From sequence record NC_070956.1: a stretch of DNA of 64,000 bases. One strand, 5' to 3'. Within the stretch, counting starts at the first letter, position 1. The number at the start of each line of letters is the position of its first letter. Below are positions 58,203-64,000 of the stretch, piece after piece. Under the pieces are notes generated by a model. It was not told the origin of the DNA. It ran no database searches and saw only the letters and a program-made list of their open reading frames with translations. Made by a program: the position numbers and the translations under genes.

Positions 58203-59336
58203 TTAGATGGTGATATCGTCGAACGCACCTTCTTCTACAGTAGCGTCGATTTGTCCTACCAGGTAAGACTTGACTTCTACTTCTTGAGGTGCCACTTGGA
58301 CGTTATCACTGTTCAGGTGGGTGTTGATCCACGGGATCGGGTTACTGGTGGAACCAGGGAACGCTTCCGGGAGACCGATAGCCTTCATGCGGATGTTGGT
58401 GATGTACTCCACATACTGGCAGAGAATGGTCTTGTTGAGACCAATCATGGAACCGTCTTGGAACAGATATTCAGCCCATTCTTTCTCCTGGATAGCCGCG
58501 TCCTTGAAGATTTTCTGGGATTCCTGGAAACACTCCATGGCGATTTCCATCATTTCGGGATCGTCACGGCCATCTGCCATGAGATTCAGCATGTGCTGAG
58601 TTCCGGTCAAATGGAGTGCCTCGTCGCGAGCGATCATTGAGATGATCTTGGCATTACCTTCCATCAGTTCACGTTCAGCGAATGCGAAGGAACACGCGAA
58701 AGAAACATAGAAGCGGATTGCTTCAAGTGCGTTGATTGACTGGATACAGAGATAAAGCTTCTTCTTGATATCACGCTTCTTAACGATAACCTGTTTACCG
58801 TTGATGACATGCGTACCTTCACCCACTGAATGGAGGAGGTTGGTCAGGTTGATCAGTTCATCGTAGTACTTGGAGATATCTTTGGCGCGTTTCAGAATGT
58901 GTTCGTTCTGAACGATATCGTCGAACACCACCGAGGGATCAGTAAAGATGTTCCGGAGGATGTGGGTGTAAGAACGACTGTGGATGGTTTCAGAGAAAGA
59001 CCAGGTCTCAATCCAGGTTTCCAGTTCAGGGATGGATACCAGCGGCAGGAGTGCTACCGAAGGAGCGCGACCTTGAATGGAATCCAATAAGGTCTGGTAC
59101 TTCAGGTTGGAGATGAAAATATGCTGCTCGTGAGGCGGCAGTGCTTTGAAGTCGATAGCGTCACGACTAACGTCAACTTCTTCGGGTCGCCAGAAGAAAG
59201 AGAGTTGTTTCTCTATCAGTGCTTCGAAGATGAAGAACTTCTGTTGGTCGTACCGAGATACGTTTACGGACTGACCCAGGAACATGTGCTCTTTCAGCTG
59301 ATCATTCTGGGTCGGGTTAAATACGGAGTAAGACAT
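58203..59336 (-). CDS. nrdB: Class Ia ribonucleotide reductase beta subunit
   Basis: [23 protein letters not shown] (radical Tyr), [29 protein letters not shown]. Confidence 0.97.
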   Translation of the reverse strand: MSYSVFNPTQNDQLKEHMFLGQSVNVSRYDQQKFFIFEALIEKQLSFFWRPEEVDVSRDAIDFKALPPHEQHIFISNLKYQTLLDSIQGRAPSVALLPLVSIPELETWIETWSFSETIHSRSYTHILRNIFTDPSVVFDDIVQNEHILKRAKDISKYYDELINLTNLLHSVGEGTHVINGKQVIVKKRDIKKKLYLCIQSINALEAIRFYVSFACSFAFAERELMEGNAKIISMIARDEALHLTGTQHMLNLMADGRDDPEMMEIAMECFQESQKIFKDAAIQEKEWAEYLFQDGSMIGLNKTILCQYVEYITNIRMKAIGLPEAFPGSTSNPIPWINTHLNSDNVQVAPQEVEVKSYLVGQIDATVEEGAFDDITI

Positions 59337-59553
59337 TCCTAATTTCCTTGTACTTGGTTGAAGGGAAACATTACTTAGCGAACAATTAAAGATCTGGTTA
59401 GAAAATAAATAAATTAATTTTGAACTTCATATGTAATACAATGAACTTAGATGAGAACTTCCGAAGGGGAGGGGAAAGGGGAATATTTCTATATAAGCGA
59501 TTACGTAGTAATCATCCTTTTATCTTTGTCTTTAAGATCCAAGTTCTTTCAAG

Positions 59554-59572
59554 TAGATATCATTAAAGTGTA
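59554..59572 (+). promoter_or_regulatory. Putative phage early promoter (copy 7, TATCATT variant)
   Basis: TAGATATCATTAAAGTGTA preceded by TTCAAG. Confidence 0.6.
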
Positions 59573-59602
59573 AACAACAACCATTTTTAATTGGAGCAAG
59601 TT

Positions 59603-59797
59603 ATGTCTAAGCATATTCTTATTGGTATGATCATCGGTACTATTCTGTTGATCGGTTCTGTACTCGGTTTTAAATCTGAGCTGGTGAATAACCTGGAAGG
59701 TTTCTTTATCGCCGGTTTCACAGTTGGGTTTTTCTTGGTAGCCGGTTCTACTATCGCTGCTCTGGTTGAATACGCTAACAAAGGAAAGAAGGAATAA
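59603..59797 (+). CDS. Small two-TM protein
   Basis: GGAG RBS before MSKHILIG; two hydrophobic segments. Confidence 0.65.
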   Translation: MSKHILIGMIIGTILLIGSVLGFKSELVNNLEGFFIAGFTVGFFLVAGSTIAALVEYANKGKKE

Positions 59798-59800
59798 ATC

Positions 59801-60217
59801 ATGGCTAAGACTTTCCGTAAAGCTGATACTATCAGTTCTAACTACCCCCTGTACGCTGTTGTGAATGCGGATGCTAAATCCACAAAGAACCTGACGGTGT
59901 TTCCACAACAATTGGTTCAGAAGTTATCTCAATGGAAGTATATGCGAATCACTCAAGTCGGTGATCGTGTTATCTTCTTCTTTACCGATAAGAAGTCTGC
60001 TCTGGACTTCGATCTCTCTGCCGGCCGGGTCCTGGTCAATCTTGACAAGATGAGCGCTAGCGGTCGTGATTGGTATGAATACCTTATCGACTCAATACAA
60101 GGTAAGGTTGCGTTCGAGAGTAACTACGGGATCGATGACATCATGGATATGGTCAAAGTCATTCGGCCTGACCTGGCTGGTGATAGCGAGACCATTTTGA
60201 GAATACTTGGTGAATGA
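59801..60217 (+). CDS. Hypothetical protein
   Basis: 138-aa ORF with AAGGA RBS. Confidence 0.75.
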   Translation: MAKTFRKADTISSNYPLYAVVNADAKSTKNLTVFPQQLVQKLSQWKYMRITQVGDRVIFFFTDKKSALDFDLSAGRVLVNLDKMSASGRDWYEYLIDSIQGKVAFESNYGIDDIMDMVKVIRPDLAGDSETILRILGE

Positions 60218-60219
60218 AC

Positions 60220-60250
60220 GAGGGGTCTTCGGACCCCTCTTTATTATCTC
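60220..60250 (+). terminator. Rho-independent terminator
   Basis: GAGGGGTC-TTCG-GACCCCTC then TTTATT. Confidence 0.85.
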
Positions 60251-60274
60251 TTATTTTCTTTTGTCTAAAACAAC

Positions 60275-60298
60275 TCAGATAGATATTATCTTGATGTA
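60275..60298 (+). promoter_or_regulatory. Putative phage early promoter (copy 8)
   Basis: TCAGATAGATATTATCTTGATGTA directly after a terminator. Confidence 0.7.
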
Positions 60299-60332
60299 CC
60301 AACAAGAACTAATGTTAACAAAGGAGAAACAA

Positions 60333-60716
60333 ATGAAAGTAACTGTAACTTGGAACGCACCTCAAAGCACACCTGCTGGTGAACTCGCCCTGAATCTTCC
60401 AAAGGAACTTCGTGAAGGTGTTTTCATCGGACGTTCTCCGTATCACGGAGCATGTCATTCATTCAAGGTGTCAGGAGAGCGTGAAGCTGTCGAGGAGTGG
60501 TTTAAACAGCTCCAGGCGTTATCCCCGATGAATACCGAGACCATCGATCGGGTAATTGCCGAAATCGCTAAGCGAGTTGCTGGTGCGCTTTACGAAGGCC
60601 ATACAGCAATCCGTGTTAACGCCGCCGAGATCAAAGTAATCGAGAAACCTGATTTCGATACCGAGTTCACCTCGTTTCTCTTTGAAACCCGTGAACAAAC
60701 CGCAATCACTTTTTAA
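60333..60716 (+). CDS. Hypothetical protein (paralog of 60726)
   Basis: AAGGAG RBS before MKVTVTW. Confidence 0.7.
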   Translation: MKVTVTWNAPQSTPAGELALNLPKELREGVFIGRSPYHGACHSFKVSGEREAVEEWFKQLQALSPMNTETIDRVIAEIAKRVAGALYEGHTAIRVNAAEIKVIEKPDFDTEFTSFLFETREQTAITF

Positions 60717-60725
60717 GGAACTATC

Positions 60726-61223
60726 ATGCACGATTGGCTGGAAGGAACTAAAGGTTATAACGAGTGTGTCGTTCAGGTCAGACTCGATGCACCCCAGGAT
60801 AGCCGGACCGGTTACATGTTGAACAACATGCTCTACAGTAACACGGACCTCACTGAACTGGCACCTGACTTCCGAGGTTGTCCTCACAATGGTGGGGAAC
60901 ACACTTGTACTGTAACCGGGACTCGTCAGGAAGTTATCACCTGGCTGGATTTGGTTGTGGAGGAGTATCCCGATTGGGAATATGCCGCAACCAAGATCAA
61001 AGGTCATATCCGCAAAGAGTTCCTCGGAGCTGAATGGCGTAAATATGGTCGGATCAACATCCATCTGAAAAAGATGGAATGTCTGAAGCTGGAGCGAGGT
61101 CAAGATCGCCCTGATGTCAAGCCGTGGTTTAAGGGTGAATGGGAAAACGAAGAACGTAAGAACTTCAAGCCCACTCGTCGTCAACAACTCATCAACGAAA
61201 AGAACCGTACCGGTCGTCATTAA
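60726..61223 (+). CDS. Hypothetical protein (paralog of 60333)
   Basis: AAGGA RBS, 165 aa. Confidence 0.7.
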   Translation: MHDWLEGTKGYNECVVQVRLDAPQDSRTGYMLNNMLYSNTDLTELAPDFRGCPHNGGEHTCTVTGTRQEVITWLDLVVEEYPDWEYAATKIKGHIRKEFLGAEWRKYGRINIHLKKMECLKLERGQDRPDVKPWFKGEWENEERKNFKPTRRQQLINEKNRTGRH

Positions 61224-61232
61224 GGAGGCATC

Positions 61233-62018
61233 ATGTCAGTAGCAAATAAAGAAATCAACATTTTAACCATGAAAGATCTCAACAATGAAGTTGGGAGACG
61301 TCATCACACCCAAGGGTACAAAATTTCGTTCCCGTTCGTGTCTGGTTGTAACATGACTCTCCTTCCTTTGTTAGTACTTGGAGGAGATCCTGTTAAAGAC
61401 CTGCGGGCAGCAATGACCAAGATGACCAACGAACCCACGCCAGCCGCCTATCACGAGTTTTACATCACTGGTGATGATCTGACTGAAAGGGTAAACCAGG
61501 AATTTATCGATGAGTGGTTGAGTAAAACCCATGGTTCGTCAGGACTGACCAGAACCATATCCGGTCAGACTGATGATAAGTTTGACAAACTCGTTGCTTT
61601 GGTCGACGAAACCTATAATAAAATTTGCTTTTATCATTCCGGCGAAAGGATCTTTGTCTGGGTAAGTGCTGACCCCGAACTCGCCTATCCCAATGCCAGC
61701 TTGACGGGATTCAGTAAATCCGAGTACAGGTGTTATGGTAACAGTGTACTGGAAGCCTCTCCCTTCATGGACGATTTCAATAAACTCTACGGACTTATCA
61801 CCGTCCTTCCCAGAGGTGCGTTCATAAATGACGCTGGTGTGCTGGTGAATAATAGTGGGAGATCCATCCATCTCGAGTTCATCGAGAATGATAAAGAACC
61901 TCCCACCCAGGACTACACCAAAGAAGAGGTTATGAAACTGGTGCGATTCATCGACAACACAATTACCGATGAAGAAATCGAAGCACTGCTCCGTGTTATG
62001 AAGAAGAGGAATGGTTAG
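61233..62018 (+). CDS. Hypothetical protein
   Basis: AAGGAGG RBS, 261 aa. Confidence 0.75.
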   Translation: MSVANKEINILTMKDLNNEVGRRHHTQGYKISFPFVSGCNMTLLPLLVLGGDPVKDLRAAMTKMTNEPTPAAYHEFYITGDDLTERVNQEFIDEWLSKTHGSSGLTRTISGQTDDKFDKLVALVDETYNKICFYHSGERIFVWVSADPELAYPNASLTGFSKSEYRCYGNSVLEASPFMDDFNKLYGLITVLPRGAFINDAGVLVNNSGRSIHLEFIENDKEPPTQDYTKEEVMKLVRFIDNTITDEEIEALLRVMKKRNG

Positions 62019-62419
62019 TGATTACTCGTCAAACCTTTAAGAACCTGGATGCGGAACTTCCATCGCTTTCAAGTTTCTTTCTCCCGAACATTCCGTGTGC
62101 CGAAGTTAATGGATACCTGGTTATCCAAGCCAACGCCAGGAAGTTTCCAGAGAAGTTGCTCATGTTGGCCAGGAAGTATCCAGGGATCACGATTCAACAC
62201 TGCAATGGCAAGCTATTGTTCGGTGGCTCGTTGGTGGGACCTGGACTCCCTGAGAGAACGGAGAAAAGGGACGGGACGTTTACGTTTCATATTTCCACCT
62301 ATCCGGAACTTGCAACACCTAGATTCTGGGCAACACTTTCTATGCTTGCACAAGCTCAGCGTAAAACCTGGGTTAGCGAATTCACAAGTTATCTGAAACC
62401 CGTACAAAACAACTATTAA
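62018..62419 (+). CDS. Hypothetical protein
   Basis: TAGTG-coupled GTG start after GAGGA. Confidence 0.65.
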   Translation: MITRQTFKNLDAELPSLSSFFLPNIPCAEVNGYLVIQANARKFPEKLLMLARKYPGITIQHCNGKLLFGGSLVGPGLPERTEKRDGTFTFHISTYPELATPRFWATLSMLAQAQRKTWVSEFTSYLKPVQNNY

Positions 62420-62428
62420 GGAAAGATC

Positions 62429-63943
62429 ATGCAAAACACCAAAATGATGAGTGAGAACAAAGACTGGATCGTTTACAGCAACTACTGGCGCACTACCTCG
62501 CGCATCCTCGAACGCATGGGTGGTGAGTACACCAGTCAGGTTGAAATCAATCTGTCCGACGAGAACAACTCTGCCGAAGCTTTGGCGGAATTGCGTATTC
62601 GTCAACATACCACCCCACCGTCCCTCCGTGATGTGATCAGTCACTATTACGAAACTTCCGTCCACGACAAACTGGTTGAGCTGATCGGGCCTGACAAAGC
62701 CTGGATTGCTGAACACTGTAACATCCTCCCGTTCATTGATTGGCCGGAGTATAACCGGAAATGTAATGGCGGGGTCCCGTTGATCGAGTGTCTGAAAGAA
62801 CTGGCACCACCGGTTCATGCGTACAGCGCGGTGAACGCGGTCAAGTTGAATACGTACCCGACTCGGGAACAGTTCTTCTACGACTTCGTTCTTGACGAGT
62901 GGGATCGTGAGCTGGGGCACCTGGAGTTCATCTGCGGTTCCATCATTATGTATGCAGCCGCTTCCGCCAGGTTGTTCTTCATGTTCAATCCTTCCAGTGA
63001 AACATTCCATCTTTTCCTGAAGTGTCGTGACAGTGTTAACGGCAGTGCCCAGGTTATGATGAGTGCCGATTTGGAAGGTCTCAAGAAGTGGCATGAAAGT
63101 ACTCGTGGGATGGTTAGCTCGTTCTTCCAGGATGACTACGAAGGGATCTATCCTGATACCGCCATTCTTCAAAAGGGGATGACGGATGGGATCAACTACC
63201 TGATCTGGAAATACCTGATCAAAGATGTGATCACTGAGAAACCCAAGGAGATCGAACGTCGTTGGATGATCACTGATCGCAAGGTAGCTCTCCAGCGTCT
63301 TGTGGGGTCCGTGTGTAAGAGTGTTCAACAGTTCTACACGCCAGACGGTACCCGTTACCGCCAGACTATCAACGAAGACCAAATTACCACTTACGAGAAA
63401 ACCGTGAAGACTGGTAAGGGTCTGGTCAGGACCGAAGTGAACACCCCGATCACTCACAAAGCGTATCTGGATATGTATCACGCGCTTGACTGTCCTAAGC
63501 CGGTAAATAAACTTCGTTACGAATACCATCACAAAGGTTATTGTTTTGATGTCGATGTTTACACCGACAACAAGATGATCACCGCTGAGCTGGAGTTCAA
63601 AACGGTCAAGGAAGCGAAAGAGTTCCATAAGGTACCCGATTGGTTCGGTGAAGAGATCACTGATCTGGAAGGTGTCAGTAACTTCGACATCTTCAAAACG
63701 ATCAATGAAAAGCCGAAGGTAACTCTGGAACAACTCACGATGCACATGAATGGTCGTGAACTTCGTTTTGTTTACAAGAACCATCGTGGTGATGTAGCCA
63801 CTCGCCGAGTATCTCGTCCGTTCTCTATCAAGTTCGGGTCTAACGAGTATCACGAAGAAGAACAGTGGTTGTTGGAAGCGTGGGACCTGGACAAGAACCT
63901 CCCCCGCGTATTCGCCATGAAAGACATCATCGAGTTTAAATAA
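62429..63943 (+). CDS. Unknown N-terminal domain + CYTH domain + C-terminal WYL-like domain
   Basis: CYTH: KEIERRW, RYRQT, YEKTVK.G.GLVRTEVN, KLRY, FDVDVY, TAELEF; WYL: FVYKNHRG....RRV.P..I.FG...H...QWLLEAWDLDK...R.FAM..I. Confidence 0.75.
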   Translation: MQNTKMMSENKDWIVYSNYWRTTSRILERMGGEYTSQVEINLSDENNSAEALAELRIRQHTTPPSLRDVISHYYETSVHDKLVELIGPDKAWIAEHCNILPFIDWPEYNRKCNGGVPLIECLKELAPPVHAYSAVNAVKLNTYPTREQFFYDFVLDEWDRELGHLEFICGSIIMYAAASARLFFMFNPSSETFHLFLKCRDSVNGSAQVMMSADLEGLKKWHESTRGMVSSFFQDDYEGIYPDTAILQKGMTDGINYLIWKYLIKDVITEKPKEIERRWMITDRKVALQRLVGSVCKSVQQFYTPDGTRYRQTINEDQITTYEKTVKTGKGLVRTEVNTPITHKAYLDMYHALDCPKPVNKLRYEYHHKGYCFDVDVYTDNKMITAELEFKTVKEAKEFHKVPDWFGEEITDLEGVSNFDIFKTINEKPKVTLEQLTMHMNGRELRFVYKNHRGDVATRRVSRPFSIKFGSNEYHEEEQWLLEAWDLDKNLPRVFAMKDIIEFK

Positions 63944-63953
63944 GGAGAGCAGG

Positions 63954-64000
63954 ATGTTTAACCGTAAAGAAACCGCAGAAAAGATAATGGATCGTCTTCG
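63954..64000 (+). CDS. Start of a hypothetical gene, 3'-truncated by the window edge
   Basis: AAGGAG/AGGA RBS then ATG; open to the end of the window. Confidence 0.5.
   Translation, partial: MFNRKETAEKIMDRL

Noticed and set aside
59466-59481. Possible G-quadruplex
   Set aside because: Only three G-runs, too few for a canonical intramolecular G4
62213-63853. 546-aa minus-strand ORF
   Set aside because: Antisense to the CYTH-WYL gene, which has clear motifs and an RBS
1-64000. tRNA, rRNA, introns/inteins, alternative genetic code
   Set aside because: No cloverleaf or rRNA-like segments in the gaps; ligA, rnhA, nrdB and sbcC are normal length and uninterrupted; all three stop codons terminate genes

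Overview
Gene-dense 64-kb segment of a lytic jumbo myophage, most likely phiKZ-related (Chimalliviridae-like) and infecting a gammaproteobacterium. The family assignment is inferred from a phiKZ gp164-type central spike back-to-back with an SbcC-like ATPase, tail-fibre-type proteins, phiKZ-like promoter motifs and a virion protein with S/A/G-x-E motifs; chimallin and RNAP genes are not in this window. Contents: (i) a tail module with a 5'-truncated fibre-family gene and a 2311-aa fibre ending in ~43 DUF285/BspA leucine-rich repeats; (ii) DNA-metabolism genes (SbcC-like ATPase, NAD-dependent ligase, RNase HI, host-like NrdB); (iii) + strand operons of small hypothetical genes, eight preceded by a shared TAGATATyATy-n3-rTGT motif, with several paralog pairs; (iv) an envelope-related island at ~33.3-42.5 kb: a glycine-rich pore-former-like protein, a membrane-anchored HNH-like nuclease, a PagP-like outer-membrane barrel and a complete YadA-type trimeric autotransporter; (v) four minus-strand paralogs (447, ~1069, 2794, ~1073 aa) sharing an N-terminal domain; (vi) a CYTH-WYL fusion and a P-loop NTPase fused to a head-protein-like domain. 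No tRNA, rRNA, CRISPR array, integrase or transposase was seen. All family calls are from motif recognition by eye; no searches were run.
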